Of a stretch of DNA of 64,000 nucleotides, positions 20,886 to 32,272 are shown piece after piece; the first letter of the stretch is position 1, and every line of letters begins with the position of its first letter. Made by a program: the position numbers and the translations under genes. The notes under the pieces are model-generated. The model worked only from the letters and a program-made list of their open reading frames with translations. It had not been told where the DNA came from and searched no databases. This stretch comes from Aestuariivirga sp. (GTDB lineage: Bacteria > Pseudomonadota > Alphaproteobacteria > Rhizobiales > Aestuariivirgaceae): NCBI RefSeq assembly GCF_020252405.1, contig NZ_JADCDA010000008.1, forward strand, positions 74,577 through 138,576, written 5' to 3'.

Positions 20886-21434
20886 TCAGGCGGCAGCCAG
20901 GGTTTCGACGGTCAGGTTGTTGTTGGTGTAGACGCAGATGTCGGCGGCGATCGCCATGGCCTTGCGCGCAATGGCTTCGGCATCAAGGTCGCTGTCGGCA
21001 AGCGCCCGGGCCGCGGCGAGCGCATAGTTGCCTCCGGATCCAATGGCGATGATGCCTTTTTCCGGCTCCAACACGTCGCCCGTGCCGGTGAGCACCAGGG
21101 TCACAGACTTGTCGGCGACGATCATCATCGCCTCAAGGCGGCGGAGATAGCGGTCGGTGCGCCAGTCCTTGGCCATGTCCACGCAGGCGCGGGTCAGCTG
21201 GCTGGGATACTGCTCCAGTTTCGACTCGAGACGCTCGAACAGTGTCATGGCATCGGCTGTTGCGCCGGCGAAACCGCCGATAACATGCCCCGCACCCAGC
21301 GGACGCACCTTGCGGGCATTGCCCTTTATGACGGTCTGGCCAAGACTCACCTGCCCATCGCCGGCGATGACCACTTTGCCTCCTTTCCGGACCGAGAGAA
21401 TGGTCGTGCCGTGCCAAGCTGTGCTCTCTGCCAT
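20886..21434 (-). CDS. hslV: ATP-dependent protease peptidase subunit HslV
   Basis: [10 protein letters not shown] (N-terminal Thr protease), [18 protein letters not shown]. Confidence 0.97.
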   Translation of the reverse strand: MAESTAWHGTTILSVRKGGKVVIAGDGQVSLGQTVIKGNARKVRPLGAGHVIGGFAGATADAMTLFERLESKLEQYPSQLTRACVDMAKDWRTDRYLRRLEAMMIVADKSVTLVLTGTGDVLEPEKGIIAIGSGGNYALAAARALADSDLDAEAIARKAMAIAADICVYTNNNLTVETLAAA

Positions 21435-21559
21435 GGGAGGAGTCCTTCAGAACTGCTGGCCGATCATGTAGGCCTGCCGGGCTTCAAAGAAAAGCCAGAC
21501 TTGGCCATTTCCTGTTGCATCTGCTAAGAGGCTCGCAACCAGCTGGACCAGCCCCCGCC

Positions 21560-22156
21560 ATGCGCACGGCCTTGATCGAACGCAAGACCACCGAAACCCG
21601 AATTTCCGCCGCCGTTAACCTCGATGGCAGCGGAAACTACGACGTTACAACCGGCGTAGGTTTCCTCGACCATATGCTGGAGCAGCTGTCCCGGCATTCT
21701 CTGATCGACCTTACGCTCAAGGCGGAGGGTGATCTGCACATCGACTTCCACCACACTGCGGAGGATTCCGGCATCGCAATCGGCCAGGCTGTGGCCAAGG
21801 CGCTGAGTGACCGCAAGGGCATTCGCCGCTACGCCAGCCTGTATCTGCCGATGGATGGCACCCTGACGCGGACCGCCATCGATGTTTCGGGGCGCCCTTT
21901 CCTCGTCTGGAAGGTGAATTTCACCGCACCGAAGATCGGCGACTTTGACACCGAGCTGGTGCGTGAATGGTTCCAGGCCTTCGCGATGAATGCCGGCGTC
22001 ACGCTGCACATCGAGACGCTTTACGCCGACAACAACCACCACATTGCGGAATCCTGTTTCAAGGCGCTGGCGCGCGCCTTGCGGGAAGCAATTGACATCG
22101 ACCCGCGGCAGAGGGACAGGATTCCCTCCACCAAGGGAACGTTGGCAGGCCAATGA
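21560..22156 (+). CDS. hisB: Imidazoleglycerol-phosphate dehydratase
   Basis: [31 protein letters not shown]. Confidence 0.97.
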   Translation: MRTALIERKTTETRISAAVNLDGSGNYDVTTGVGFLDHMLEQLSRHSLIDLTLKAEGDLHIDFHHTAEDSGIAIGQAVAKALSDRKGIRRYASLYLPMDGTLTRTAIDVSGRPFLVWKVNFTAPKIGDFDTELVREWFQAFAMNAGVTLHIETLYADNNHHIAESCFKALARALREAIDIDPRQRDRIPSTKGTLAGQ

Positions 22157-22590
22157 AGCTGTTCACCGTTCTCGAGCCGCCTGACGGCAAGCCGGAGCGC
22201 GTGGCCTTCGTATCCGAAGGCTTTGCCTGGAGCGCACTTGCCCTGGGCTTCGTGTGGGCGCTGTGGCACCGCATGTGGCTGGTGGCCGCTCTGTTGTTCG
22301 CCCTTACCTCCGCATTGACCGTGGCTACAAATCTGGAACTCCTCGGATCTGGCTTTGCAGGGCTGCTGCAGTTCGGTATCTCGCTTCTGTTCGCCTTCGA
22401 GGCGCGGGCACTGCAGGTTGCGTCCCTCGAGCGCGTCGGCTATCGCCGCAGTGCCCTTATCCAGGCCAGCACTTCCGAAGCGGCGGAGCTTGGCTATTTC
22501 GCGGGCCGGGCGAACAACGCACCGGAGCCTTTGTCTGCGCGCCTGCGCGGTGCGCCGGATGACACTCTCGGCATTTTCGGAAATGTGTGA
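22153..22590 (+). CDS. DUF2628-like membrane protein
   Basis: [24 protein letters not shown] hydrophobic segment; ATGA-coupled to hisB; family assignment from memory. Confidence 0.75.
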   Translation: MKLFTVLEPPDGKPERVAFVSEGFAWSALALGFVWALWHRMWLVAALLFALTSALTVATNLELLGSGFAGLLQFGISLLFAFEARALQVASLERVGYRRSALIQASTSEAAELGYFAGRANNAPEPLSARLRGAPDDTLGIFGNV

Positions 22591-22599
22591 GGCCCCGCC

Positions 22600-23250
22600 G
22601 TGAGCGTTGCCATTATCGATTATGGATCCGGCAATCTCCACTCCGCCGCCAAGGCTTTCGAACGCGCCGCGCGTGACAGCGGCATCGCGATGAAGATCGG
22701 CGTTACCTCAGACCCGGATGTGCTGCGCCGGGCAGAACGCCTTGTATTGCCTGGCGTTGGCGCCTTCAGGGATTGCCGCACCGGCCTCATGGCGGCTCCC
22801 GGCCTTTGGCAAACGCTGCGGGACGAGGCGGTCAACAAGGGCAAGCCATTTCTCGGAATCTGTGTGGGTATGCAGCTCATGGCCTCCTGCGGGCTCGAGC
22901 ATGACATCACTGCGGGTTTCGGCTGGATTCCGGGTGACGTAACGCCGCTCGCGCCGCGCGAATCTTCATTCAAGATCCCGCACATGGGGTGGAACACGCT
23001 GGACCTGGCGCGTCCGCATGCTCTGCTCAAGGATATTCCGCTCGGCGAGCGCGGGCTCCATGCCTACTTCGTCCATTCCTTCCATCTCGACGCGCAGAGC
23101 AGCTCCGACATTATTGCCACAACGGAGCACGGTCAGACCGTCACCGCCATGGTGGGCCGCGACAATCTGGCCGGCACCCAGTTCCACCCGGAAAAGAGTC
23201 AGACGCTGGGGCTGACCCTTCTGGCCAATTTCCTGAAGTGGCGGCCATGA
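22600..23250 (+). CDS. hisH: Imidazole glycerol phosphate synthase glutaminase subunit
   Basis: [35 protein letters not shown]. Confidence 0.97.
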   Translation: MSVAIIDYGSGNLHSAAKAFERAARDSGIAMKIGVTSDPDVLRRAERLVLPGVGAFRDCRTGLMAAPGLWQTLRDEAVNKGKPFLGICVGMQLMASCGLEHDITAGFGWIPGDVTPLAPRESSFKIPHMGWNTLDLARPHALLKDIPLGERGLHAYFVHSFHLDAQSSSDIIATTEHGQTVTAMVGRDNLAGTQFHPEKSQTLGLTLLANFLKWRP

Positions 23251-23978
23251 TCCTGTTTCCCGCCATCGACCTGAAGAACGGCCAGTGCGTGCGCCTGAAG
23301 CTGGGCGACATGGCCCAGGCAACCGTGTTCAACGACGACCCTGCCGCCCAGGCGAAGAGCTTCGAAGACCAGGGCTTCGCGTGGCTGCATCTCGTGGATC
23401 TGAACGGCGCCTTCGAGGGCAGGCCGGTGAATGCCGCTGCCGTAGAGGCCATCCTTCATGCAGTGAAGTTGCCGGTCCAGCTTGGTGGCGGCATCCGCAA
23501 CCTGGGCCAGATCGAGACGTGGCTCGTCAAGGGAATCCGCCGGGTGATCCTTGGCACCGCGGCGCTGCGTGATCCCGCACTGGTGCGGCAGGCCTGCCGT
23601 CTGTTTCCCGGGCGCGTTGCAGTTGGGATCGATGCCAGGGGCGGTCGGGTTGCCGTTGAAGGCTGGGCTGAAACCTCGGACCTGACGGTCATCGATCTTG
23701 CTGGGCGTTTTGCCGATGCAGGCGTTGCCGCCATCATTTTCACTGATATCGAGCGTGACGGCATTCTTGCGAGTCTCAATATCGAATCGACACTTGAGCT
23801 TGCGCGCGTGGTTCCGATCCCTGTCATCGCCAGCGGCGGGCTTGCCTCCATGGACGACATCCACCGTCTGTTGCAGCCGGACTGCCGCATCCTCGAAGGC
23901 GCTATTTCGGGCCGCGCTCTCTATGATGGCCGGATCGACGTAACCGAGGCTCTGCGCCTTTTCCAAGAGGCCCCTTGA
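23247..23978 (+). CDS. hisA: ProFAR isomerase
   Basis: [33 protein letters not shown]. Confidence 0.97.
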   Translation: MILFPAIDLKNGQCVRLKLGDMAQATVFNDDPAAQAKSFEDQGFAWLHLVDLNGAFEGRPVNAAAVEAILHAVKLPVQLGGGIRNLGQIETWLVKGIRRVILGTAALRDPALVRQACRLFPGRVAVGIDARGGRVAVEGWAETSDLTVIDLAGRFADAGVAAIIFTDIERDGILASLNIESTLELARVVPIPVIASGGLASMDDIHRLLQPDCRILEGAISGRALYDGRIDVTEALRLFQEAP

Positions 23979-24739
23979 TGCTCAAGGCCCGGCTTATCCC
24001 CTGTCTCGACGTGAAGAACGGCCGCGTCGTCAAGGGCGTCAATTTCGTGGACCTGCGTGATGCCGGTGACCCGGTGGAGATTGCCAAGGCCTATGACTCT
24101 GCCGGGGCGGACGAATTGTGTTTTCTGGACATTACGGCAACCCATGAGAACCGCGGCATCCTCTTCGATGTGGTGCAGCGCACGGCGGAAGCCTGCTTCA
24201 TGCCGCTCACCGTGGGCGGCGGCGTACGCTCGCTGGACGACATCCGCAAGCTGCTCCTTGCGGGCGCTGACAAGGTCTCGATCAACTCAGCTGCCGTGGC
24301 CAGCCGCGACTTCGTGCGCCAGGCGGCAGAGAAGTTCGGAGCACAATGCGTCGTGGTGGCGATCGACGCGAAATCTGTATCGCCTGGCAAATGGGAGATA
24401 TTCACTCACGGCGGCCACAAATCCACGGGCATTGACGCGGTGGAGTTTGCCCGGGAGGTGACGTCGCTCGGCGCCGGCGAGATTCTGCTTACCTCCATGG
24501 ATCGGGACGGCACCGGCAAGGGCTTCGATATCGAACTCACCCGCGCCATCGCCGATGCGGTGTCCGTGCCGGTCATCGCCTCGGGCGGTGTCGGCACGCT
24601 GGACCATCTCGTCCAGGGGATCCGCAATGGCCATGCGGCAGCCGTGCTCGCTGCCTCGATCTTCCACTTCGGCGCCTATTCCATCGGCGAAGCCAAGCGG
24701 CATCTTTCGGCTGCGGGCATTCCCATGCGGCTCAACTAG
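23978..24739 (+). CDS. hisF: Imidazole glycerol phosphate synthase cyclase subunit
   Basis: [32 protein letters not shown]. Confidence 0.97.
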   Translation: MLKARLIPCLDVKNGRVVKGVNFVDLRDAGDPVEIAKAYDSAGADELCFLDITATHENRGILFDVVQRTAEACFMPLTVGGGVRSLDDIRKLLLAGADKVSINSAAVASRDFVRQAAEKFGAQCVVVAIDAKSVSPGKWEIFTHGGHKSTGIDAVEFAREVTSLGAGEILLTSMDRDGTGKGFDIELTRAIADAVSVPVIASGGVGTLDHLVQGIRNGHAAAVLAASIFHFGAYSIGEAKRHLSAAGIPMRLN

Positions 24740-24749
24740 GATAGCGGCC

Positions 24750-25082
24750 ATGACGGATTACAGGCTCGATGTTCTGGCATCCCTCGCCGACGAGGTGGTG
24801 GAGCGTCGGCAAGCCTCGCCCGGGTCCTCCTACACTGCAAAGCTGCTCTCCCAGGGCGTCGAGAAATGCGCCAAGAAATTCGGCGAGGAGGCGGTGGAAC
24901 TGGCGCTTGCATCCGTGCTGCGCGACACCGCGCATGTCACGGCCGAGGCTGCCGACGTCCTCTATCACCTGCTCGTGCTGCTCGCGGCCTCGGACGTGAA
25001 GCTGACGGACGTCATGGGCGAACTTGCGCGCCGCCAGGGCGTGAGCGGCCTTGCGGAGAAGGCCTCCAGGCCCAAGGATTGA
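24750..25082 (+). CDS. hisE: Phosphoribosyl-ATP diphosphatase
   Basis: [29 protein letters not shown]. Confidence 0.95.
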   Translation: MTDYRLDVLASLADEVVERRQASPGSSYTAKLLSQGVEKCAKKFGEEAVELALASVLRDTAHVTAEAADVLYHLLVLLAASDVKLTDVMGELARRQGVSGLAEKASRPKD

Positions 25083-25085
25083 TGC

Positions 25086-26036
25086 ATGGAAGAACTCGTC
25101 AAGGAAGTCTCTCCGTTCCGCCGCTTTGCGCGCGAGGAATGGTCGGCCCTGCGGGCCGACACGCCGATGACACTTACGCAGAAGGACCTCGACGAACTGC
25201 GCGGCCTCAATGACCGCGTCGACCTTGAGGAGGTCGAAACCATCTATCTTCCGCTGTCGCGCCTGCTCAATCTTTATGTGGCGGCTACCCAGGGCCTGTT
25301 CCGCGCCACCAACAACTTCCTCCACCTCACTGAACGCAAGGTGCCTTACCTGATCGGCATGGCGGGCAGCGTGGCGGTGGGCAAGAGCACCACCGCGCGT
25401 ATCCTGCAGCGGCTCCTCGCGCGCTGGCCAAAACACCCCAAGGTCGATCTTGTCACCACCGATGGCTTCCTCCTGCCAAACGCCATCCTCGAGCGCGAAG
25501 GGCTGATGACGCGCAAGGGCTTTCCCGAAAGCTACGATCTTCCGGCGATCCTGCGCTTCCTCTCGGACATCAAGGCGGGAAAACGCAACGTCACGGCGCC
25601 GCTCTATTCGCATCTCACCTATGATGTGCTGAAAGACGAGCGCGCGGTGATCGATCAGCCGGACATCCTCATCGTCGAAGGCGTCAACGTGCTGCAGACG
25701 GGCCGCCCCCCGCGCGACGGGCGCGGTATCCCGAACACCTCGGATTTCTTCGATTTTTCGGTCTATATCGATGCCGATACGGCGGACCTCAAGACCTGGT
25801 ACATCGAGCGCTTCCTCACCCTGCGGGACAGCGCTTTCCGCAATCCCAAATCCTACTTTCACCGCTATGCGACGCTCTCCGACGGGGAATCGCGCGATAC
25901 GGCAAGCCGCATCTGGGATACCATCAACCTGGTGAATCTGCGCGAAAACATCCTTCCCACACGCCCGCGCGCCGACCTCGTCCTGCGCAAGGGCGCGGAT
26001 CACTTCATCCGCAGCGTCTTCCTGAGAAAGCTATAG
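25086..26036 (+). CDS. coaA: Type I pantothenate kinase
   Basis: [37 protein letters not shown]. Confidence 0.96.
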   Translation: MEELVKEVSPFRRFAREEWSALRADTPMTLTQKDLDELRGLNDRVDLEEVETIYLPLSRLLNLYVAATQGLFRATNNFLHLTERKVPYLIGMAGSVAVGKSTTARILQRLLARWPKHPKVDLVTTDGFLLPNAILEREGLMTRKGFPESYDLPAILRFLSDIKAGKRNVTAPLYSHLTYDVLKDERAVIDQPDILIVEGVNVLQTGRPPRDGRGIPNTSDFFDFSVYIDADTADLKTWYIERFLTLRDSAFRNPKSYFHRYATLSDGESRDTASRIWDTINLVNLRENILPTRPRADLVLRKGADHFIRSVFLRKL

Positions 26037-27026
26037 CAGCCCGAGCCCTTCGGCATGCGCCCGGAGCGACACTTCGGGCCTCGCGCCGATGTGGGAGATC
26101 ACCTCGGCCGCCGCCATGGAGCCAAGCCGCGCGGATTCGTAAAGCGTCCTGCCATTGGTGAAGCCATGGAGGAAGCCCGCAGCGAAGAGATCGCCCGCTC
26201 CCGTGACATCGACGATCCTGCTCACCGGATGCGCCGGGATCGCATGAACCTCGCTTCCGTTCACCACCACGCAGCCCTTCTCGGAGCGCGTTACGACGGC
26301 GATGGGGCAATCGGCGGCGACCGCTTTCACTGCACCGTCGAAATTCTGAGTCTGGTAGAGCGACTTAATCTCGGCTTCATTTGCAAAGACGATGTCGATG
26401 TCGTTGCGGATCAAGTCGAGGAAGCTGTCGCGGTGCCGCTCGACGCAGAAGGAGTCCGACAGCGTGATCGAGGTCTTGCGGCCGGCGGCCCGCGCGATTC
26501 TGGCTGCCAGCTTGAAGGCTTCCTTGGCCTCGGGCCGGTCCCATAAATAGCCTTCCATATATGTGATCTGCGCCGCCTCGACGGCGTTCCGGTCAACATC
26601 GGCTATGGTGAAGTTCACGCAGGCGCCGAGATAGGTGTTCATGGTGCGCTCGCTGTCGGGCGTCACCAGAATGAAGGAGCGGGCAGTGGCCGGACCATCT
26701 GAGGCGGGGGCCGTGTCAAAGGCAACACCCTGGGCCCGCATATCATGCCGGAAGATTGCACCCAGCTGGTCAGCCCTCACCTTGCCGAAATAGGCTGCCC
26801 TGCCACCCAGCGAAGCGACGCCCGCCGCCGTGTTCCCAGCGGATCCGCCCGATAACTCGATGGCCTGGCCCATGTCGGCATAGAGTTCCTCGGCCCGGGC
26901 CTCGTCGATCAGGTTCATCGACCCCTTCACCAGCCTGTGCCGCGAAACGAAATCCTCTTCCACCCGCGCGATCACATCGACAATCGCGTTGCCGATGCAG
27001 AGAACGTCAAAACCGGAAGCTGTCAT
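26031..27026 (-). CDS. PfkB-family carbohydrate/adenosine kinase
   Basis: [32 protein letters not shown]. Confidence 0.92.
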   Translation of the reverse strand: MTASGFDVLCIGNAIVDVIARVEEDFVSRHRLVKGSMNLIDEARAEELYADMGQAIELSGGSAGNTAAGVASLGGRAAYFGKVRADQLGAIFRHDMRAQGVAFDTAPASDGPATARSFILVTPDSERTMNTYLGACVNFTIADVDRNAVEAAQITYMEGYLWDRPEAKEAFKLAARIARAAGRKTSITLSDSFCVERHRDSFLDLIRNDIDIVFANEAEIKSLYQTQNFDGAVKAVAADCPIAVVTRSEKGCVVVNGSEVHAIPAHPVSRIVDVTGAGDLFAAGFLHGFTNGRTLYESARLGSMAAAEVISHIGARPEVSLRAHAEGLGLL

Positions 27027-27054
27027 CGAGATTTCCTTGCCCAGTCCCCCCGCC

Positions 27055-27167
27055 CTGGGGCGTGCTCCGATCACGTGGGATCACCTGATCGGCAAGAACA
27101 TGCGTTCATATGCCAGAGCATGATCTTGTCGCAAAAGTGGGTTTCGCTATTGCGCATCATGCTTTAG
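27055..27167. repeat. RIME/Bru-RS-like palindromic element, copy 3
   Basis: ctggggcgtg...catgctttag termini; hairpin ccgatcacgtg-ggat-cacctgatcgg (27067-27092), caagaacatgc, gcatgatc...gcgcatcatgc. Confidence 0.85.
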
Positions 27168-27212
27168 CCAGGCCCACTTGCGCTGGCAAGCCGGGGTGAT
27201 TAGGTGGGGTTG

Positions 27213-27875
27213 ATGTTGACCTCCGCATTCCGCGCCTTTGGCGACCTGTTCTCGCCGGAATTTCGTTCCGTGCTGTTCAAGGCGCTGGGGCTGACCGTCG
27301 CGCTGTTTATTGCCGTGCTGGTGATCGCCGAATTGCTGATTGCCAGTTTCACCCAGTTTTCGTGGCCGTGGGCTGACCGTCTGGTGGAGGTGGGGGCCGG
27401 ATTGGCGCTGCTGGTTGTCTTCTTCTTCCTCATCTTCCCGGTCACAGCGGCTTTCGCCGGCCTGTTCCTCGACCAGATCGCCGAGAAGGTGGAGGAGCGC
27501 CACTATCCCTGGGACCCCCGTGGAACGCCCCTGCCGGCGGGGCGTGCCATCCTGATGGCCATCCAGTTCTTCATCGTCGTGCTGCTGGTCAACCTTGCGG
27601 TGCTGCCCACCGTGTTCTTCGGTTTCGGAGTCTTCGTGCTGATTGCCGCCAATGCCTATCTGATCGGGCGTGAATACTTCGAAATGGTCGCGATGCGACA
27701 CATGCCGGTGGAGGAGGCAAAGATTCTGCGCAAGGAGAACAGCCAGACAGTATTCGTCGCAGCCCTGCTGCCGGCCGTCATGTCGCTGGTGCCGATCGTC
27801 AATTTAACTGTGCCCCTGTTCTCAACCGCCTATTTCACTCACCTCTTCAAATCGGTGCAGGCGTCTTCGGCGTGA
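27213..27875 (+). CDS. EI24/CysZ-like membrane protein
   Basis: Multiple TM segments; FLDQIAEKVEERHY, NAYLIGREYF, PIVNLTVPLF. Confidence 0.85.
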   Translation: MLTSAFRAFGDLFSPEFRSVLFKALGLTVALFIAVLVIAELLIASFTQFSWPWADRLVEVGAGLALLVVFFFLIFPVTAAFAGLFLDQIAEKVEERHYPWDPRGTPLPAGRAILMAIQFFIVVLLVNLAVLPTVFFGFGVFVLIAANAYLIGREYFEMVAMRHMPVEEAKILRKENSQTVFVAALLPAVMSLVPIVNLTVPLFSTAYFTHLFKSVQASSA

Positions 27876-28506
27876 ACCGGCAGATGTCGGACATAAGGCA
27901 GCGCCAGCATTCAGGCTTGCGCGCCCTGCACACATAGCGCCCGTGCAGAATCAGCCAATGGTGGGCATGTCGGCCATAGGGCTTGGGCACGACCTTAAGG
28001 AGCTTCTGTTCCACCTCCAGCGGCGTTTTGCCGGGCGCCAGGCCCGTGCGGTTCCCGACCCGGAACAAATGCGTGTCGACAGCGATCGTCGGGTGCCCGA
28101 AGGCGATGTTGAGCACCACATTCGCCGTCTTCCGCCCCACCCCGGGAAGGGCCTCAAGCGCCTCCCGGTCGTCAGGAACCTCCCCACCATGCTTGTCGAT
28201 AAGCTGGTGCGACAGGAGGATAACGTTCTTCGCTTTGCCGCGAAACAGGCCGATGGTCTTGATTGCGTCTCGCACCGTATCCTCGCCTAGGGCGACCATT
28301 TTCTCAGGCGTGTCGGCAATGGCGAACAGCGGCTTCGTAGCCTTGTTCACGCCGTCGTCCGTCGCCTGTGCGGAGAGCACGACGGCAACCAGCAGGCTAT
28401 AGGGGTTTACGTAATGCAGTTCGCCCCTAGGGTCAGGGTTGGCGGCCTGGAAGCGGCGGAAGATTTCTTCCACTTCCTCAGGCTTCAGACGGCTTGCTTT
28501 GGCCAT
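27847..28506 (-). CDS. nth: Endonuclease III
   Basis: LSAQATD, HhH LPGVGRKTANV, VDTH, [4Fe-4S] motif C-x6-C-x2-C-x5-C. Confidence 0.96.
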   Translation of the reverse strand: MAKASRLKPEEVEEIFRRFQAANPDPRGELHYVNPYSLLVAVVLSAQATDDGVNKATKPLFAIADTPEKMVALGEDTVRDAIKTIGLFRGKAKNVILLSHQLIDKHGGEVPDDREALEALPGVGRKTANVVLNIAFGHPTIAVDTHLFRVGNRTGLAPGKTPLEVEQKLLKVVPKPYGRHAHHWLILHGRYVCRARKPECWRCLMSDICRFTPKTPAPI

Positions 28507-28548
28507 GGCTCCGGTGTTCCCTTGCAGGTCTTGGGGTAGAACAGCGGC

Positions 28549-29025
28549 ATGGATCAGGGCAACAGCAAAGTCTGGCAGGCGACGCTCACGCCGCATCGGA
28601 GCCTCGACAGGAAAGGCTTTTACCTCCTCATGGGGCTTGTTGCTCTCGTGAACCTAATCGTCGCCGGAATGTTCGTGGCGCTTGGGGCCTGGCCCATCGC
28701 CGGCTTCGCCGGGCTCGACGTGCTGTTGGTGTGGTGGGCCTTCCGGATGAATTTCGCCGATGCCCGCAAGCTCGAGCGCATTTCAATCACCGAGCATGAG
28801 CTGGTGCTTGAGCGCGAGAGCGAAAGGCGCCCGCCGCAGCAGCTGCGCTTCGTCCGCCGCTGGGTTCGCGTCGAACTCGAGGAGGACCGCGAAAGGGAGC
28901 TGATCGGCCAGCTGCTTCTGGTTTCTGGCCGCACCCGGGTGGCGGTGGGCGAGTTCCTGGCCCCGGAGGAGCGCAAGACGCTGGCCCAGGCCCTCAAGTC
29001 GGCCCTCGCGGTTCCGCGCATCTGA
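28549..29025 (+). CDS. DUF2244-family membrane protein
   Basis: LTPHRSL, GAWPIAGFAGLDV, VGEFL.PEER. Confidence 0.85.
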   Translation: MDQGNSKVWQATLTPHRSLDRKGFYLLMGLVALVNLIVAGMFVALGAWPIAGFAGLDVLLVWWAFRMNFADARKLERISITEHELVLERESERRPPQQLRFVRRWVRVELEEDRERELIGQLLLVSGRTRVAVGEFLAPEERKTLAQALKSALAVPRI

Positions 29026-29073
29026 TCAGCTTTCGGGTGGGAAAGCGGCTCGCGCGGGGTTAGCTTGCACAGC

Positions 29074-29952
29074 ATGGAAAACGCAATCACCTTCACCGAA
29101 GCTGCCCGCGATTACGAACTCGTCCGCCGGAATCTCGACTATTTGCGAGAGCACTGGCGGGAACAGCCGTCGCTTGACCTTCTTGCCGAACGCAATGGAT
29201 TGAGCGCTGCTCATCTGCAGCGCCTTTTCATGCGCTGGGCGGGTCTGAGCCCCAAGGCCTTCGTCCAGGCCCTGACCATTGACCACGCCCGCAAGCTGCT
29301 GCGGGATTCGGCAAGCGTTCTGGACACCAGCTATGAAGTGGGTCTGTCCGGACCGGGGCGCCTCCATGACCTTTTCGTCACCCATGAGGGCATGACGCCG
29401 GGGGCCTACAGGGCGCGCGGCAAGGGGCTTACGATCCGTTACGGGTTTCATGACTGTCCTTTCGGCAAAGTCCTGCTGATGACGAGTCATAACGGCATTT
29501 GCGGACTGGCTTTCGCAGACCCCGGTCAGGAGGAGGCCAGCTTACTGGACATGCGAAGCCGCTGGCCGGACGCCGACTATGTCCTGGACGCCGGGGTCAC
29601 GGCGGGTCCCGTGGCCCGGATTTTCAATCCCCAGCGTTGGACGGTGGAACAGCCATTGCGTATCGTATTCATAGGCACGGAGTTTGAAACGAGGGTCTGG
29701 CAGACGCTGCTGAAGATTCCAATGGGCCGGGCGACGACTTATTCCGACATCGCCGGTCATCTCGGGAATTCCAAGGCCTCACGCGCGGTAGGCGCGGCCG
29801 TTGGCCGGAACCCGATTTCCTTCGTGGTGCCTTGCCACCGCGTGCTCGGCAAATCCGGCGGGCTCTGCGGTTACCACTGGGGTCTGACGCGGAAACAGGC
29901 GATTCTGGGCTGGGAGGCGGGCTTGTTGGCTGCAAGCAGCAAGGCTGCGTGA
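29074..29952 (+). CDS. AraC-HTH / methylated-DNA-protein-cysteine methyltransferase (Ada-like, lacking the N-terminal Zn domain)
   Basis: HLQRLFMRWAGLSPK AraC HTH, RAVGAAVGRNPI, PCHRV active site. Confidence 0.9.
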   Translation: MENAITFTEAARDYELVRRNLDYLREHWREQPSLDLLAERNGLSAAHLQRLFMRWAGLSPKAFVQALTIDHARKLLRDSASVLDTSYEVGLSGPGRLHDLFVTHEGMTPGAYRARGKGLTIRYGFHDCPFGKVLLMTSHNGICGLAFADPGQEEASLLDMRSRWPDADYVLDAGVTAGPVARIFNPQRWTVEQPLRIVFIGTEFETRVWQTLLKIPMGRATTYSDIAGHLGNSKASRAVGAAVGRNPISFVVPCHRVLGKSGGLCGYHWGLTRKQAILGWEAGLLAASSKAA

Positions 29953-29954
29953 GG

Positions 29955-30371
29955 TCAGCGCACCGACTTGCGCAGGCGGATGATGATGTCCACCCGGTCG
30001 ATCTCCGTGCCCGCGGGGAGGGGCGGCAGGCCAAGCACTTTCAGGTCCTCCGTGCCGATGTCGACCAGAGAGTCGGTCTCTGCAATGTAATAGTGGAAAT
30101 GGTTCGAAGTGTTTGTGTCGAAAAAGGTTCGGTCGCCCTCGAAGGCAACCTCGCGCAGCAGGCCTGCCGCCTTGAACTGGTTCAGCGTGTTGTAGACGGT
30201 GGCCAGCGACACATCGATCCGGGCGGCCAGCGCCTCCTTATGCAAGCTTTCGGCGCTCACATGGCGGTCACCCGCGCTGAACAGAATGGCGCCCAATGAC
30301 AGGCGCTGACGAGTGGGGCGCAGCCCTGCCTGCCTCAGGCGTTCAGCCAATACGAAATCCTGCACATCCAT
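29955..30371 (-). CDS. irr: Iron response regulator Irr (Fur family)
   Basis: GLRPTRQR, SLATVYNTLNQF, FFDTNTSNHFHYY; divergent from fabA as in rhizobia. Confidence 0.9.
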   Translation of the reverse strand: MDVQDFVLAERLRQAGLRPTRQRLSLGAILFSAGDRHVSAESLHKEALAARIDVSLATVYNTLNQFKAAGLLREVAFEGDRTFFDTNTSNHFHYYIAETDSLVDIGTEDLKVLGLPPLPAGTEIDRVDIIIRLRKSVR

Positions 30372-30526
30372 GTTGCAACCTCTATACGCGAAACCCGTTA
30401 GGCAAGGCAATCTTGGCGCCAATACGGCGGCGGGCGCCGCCAGAAAGCGGACTTGGACCAGATATTTCCATGTGATAGGAACGGCAAAACCGGGGCAGGC
30501 CGGTGGAGTTTGGGACCAGAGGCAGA

Positions 30527-31039
30527 ATGAACGAACCGAAGTCGAGTTATGGTTACGAGGAACTCCTGGCCTGCGGACGCGGTGAACTCTTCGGGCGCGG
30601 AAACGCGCAGCTGCCTCTGCCCCCGATGCTGATGTTCGACCGCATCACAGAGATTTCCAAGGACGGCGGCGCTGCGGGTCTCGGCAAGGTTGTCGCAGAA
30701 CTCGATATCAATCCAAACCTCTGGTTTTTCGGTTGCCACTTTCAGGGCGATCCGGTCATGCCCGGCTGCCTTGGTCTTGATGCGCTGTGGCAGATGACCG
30801 GCTTTTTCATGGGCTGGCTGGGTGAACCAGGCCGCGGCCGCGCGCTCGGGGTCGGCGAAGTGAAGCTTTCCGGCATGGTCACCCCTATCGTCAGGAAAGT
30901 GACCTATGAAGTCGAGGTCAGCCGTCTTATTCTTCGCAAACTCAAGATGGCGGTCTCGAACGGACTCATGAAGGCCGACGGTGAAACGGTCTATCAGGTT
31001 ACCGATATGAAGGTCGGGCTGTTCCAGCCCACGGCCTGA
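30527..31039 (+). CDS. fabA: 3-hydroxyacyl-ACP dehydratase/isomerase FabA
   Basis: [26 protein letters not shown]. Confidence 0.96.
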   Translation: MNEPKSSYGYEELLACGRGELFGRGNAQLPLPPMLMFDRITEISKDGGAAGLGKVVAELDINPNLWFFGCHFQGDPVMPGCLGLDALWQMTGFFMGWLGEPGRGRALGVGEVKLSGMVTPIVRKVTYEVEVSRLILRKLKMAVSNGLMKADGETVYQVTDMKVGLFQPTA

Positions 31040-31053
31040 GAAAGGAAGTTAAC

Positions 31054-32265
31054 ATGCGGCGTGTCGTCGTGACTGGCCTCGGCATCGTGTCGAGCATCGG
31101 CAATAACGTGCAGGAAGTCTTGAATTCGCTGTTCGAGGCTAAGTCCGGCATCGGCAAGTCCGACGAATATGCCAGGCTCGGCTTCCGCTGCCAGGTGCAT
31201 GGCGCGCCCACCTTCGACCTTGAGGGCATCGACCGGCGCATACGCCGCTTTATGGGGGATGGTGCGGCCTGGAATTACGCTGCCATGCAGCAGGCGATTG
31301 TCGACTCAGGGCTTGAGGAGCAAGACGTCAAGAACGATCGCACCGGCCTCATCATGGGTTCCGGTGGCCCTTCCACCCGCACCATCGTGCAGGCGGCTGA
31401 CACGACCCGCGACAAGGGCCCCAAGCGCGTCGGTCCCTTTGCCGTGCCTGCGGCCATGTCGAGCACCAACTCGGCAACGCTGGCCACTCCTTTCGGCATC
31501 CGCGGCGTGAACTATTCGATCTCGTCCGCCTGCGCCACCTCGGCCCATTGCATAGGCAATGCGGCGGAGATGATCCAGTGGGGCAAGCAGGACGTGATGT
31601 TCGCCGGCGGCGGCGAAGAACTCGATTGGACGCTCTCGGTGTTATTTGACGCCATGGGCGCCATGTCGTCGAAGTACAACGCGACGCCCGCCACCGCCTC
31701 CCGCGCCTATGACAAGAACCGCGACGGCTTCGTCATTGCCGGCGGTGCGGGTACGGTGGTGCTGGAGGAACTTGCGCACGCCAGGGCCCGTGGCGCCAGG
31801 ATCTATGCCGAACTCATCGGTTACGGCGCAACGTCCGATGGTTATGACATGGTGCAGCCCTCGGGAGAAGGTGCGATCCGCTGCATGAAGCAGGCGCTCA
31901 GCAATGCTGGCGCCATCGATTACATAAACCCGCATGGCACATCGACGCCGATTGGCGACAAGAAGGAAATTGAGGCGATCCGCTCTGTGTTCGGCGACAG
32001 CATCCCGCCGATCTCCAGCACCAAGTCGCTCACCGGTCATTCGCTCGGCGCAGCCGGCGTGCAGGAAGCGATCTACTCGATCATGATGATGAAGAACAAT
32101 TTCCTTTGCGAGAGCGCTCATATCGCGGAACTCGACCCCGAATTCGCCGATGTGCCGATCATCCGCAAGCGCATCGACAATGCCAGGATCGACACGGTGA
32201 TGTCGAACAGTTTTGGCTTCGGCGGCACCAACGCAACCCTCGTCTTCCAGCGCTACAACGGCTGA
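31054..32265 (+). CDS. fabB: Beta-ketoacyl-ACP synthase I
   Basis: [30 protein letters not shown]. Confidence 0.96.
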   Translation: MRRVVVTGLGIVSSIGNNVQEVLNSLFEAKSGIGKSDEYARLGFRCQVHGAPTFDLEGIDRRIRRFMGDGAAWNYAAMQQAIVDSGLEEQDVKNDRTGLIMGSGGPSTRTIVQAADTTRDKGPKRVGPFAVPAAMSSTNSATLATPFGIRGVNYSISSACATSAHCIGNAAEMIQWGKQDVMFAGGGEELDWTLSVLFDAMGAMSSKYNATPATASRAYDKNRDGFVIAGGAGTVVLEELAHARARGARIYAELIGYGATSDGYDMVQPSGEGAIRCMKQALSNAGAIDYINPHGTSTPIGDKKEIEAIRSVFGDSIPPISSTKSLTGHSLGAAGVQEAIYSIMMMKNNFLCESAHIAELDPEFADVPIIRKRIDNARIDTVMSNSFGFGGTNATLVFQRYNG

Positions 32266-32272
32266 TCTCCAC

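Noticed and set aside
20870-20889. Tandem tccactcag repeat (11-bp period) at the hslV/hslU junction
   Set aside because: Two short copies, most likely a small local duplication around the stop codon; no function evident.
21450-21510. RpoH promoter for hslVU
   Set aside because: CCTACAT is present on the minus strand, but the best -35 (TTTGAA) is only 10 bp away and the correctly spaced hexamer is poor; expected biologically but not supportable from the sequence.
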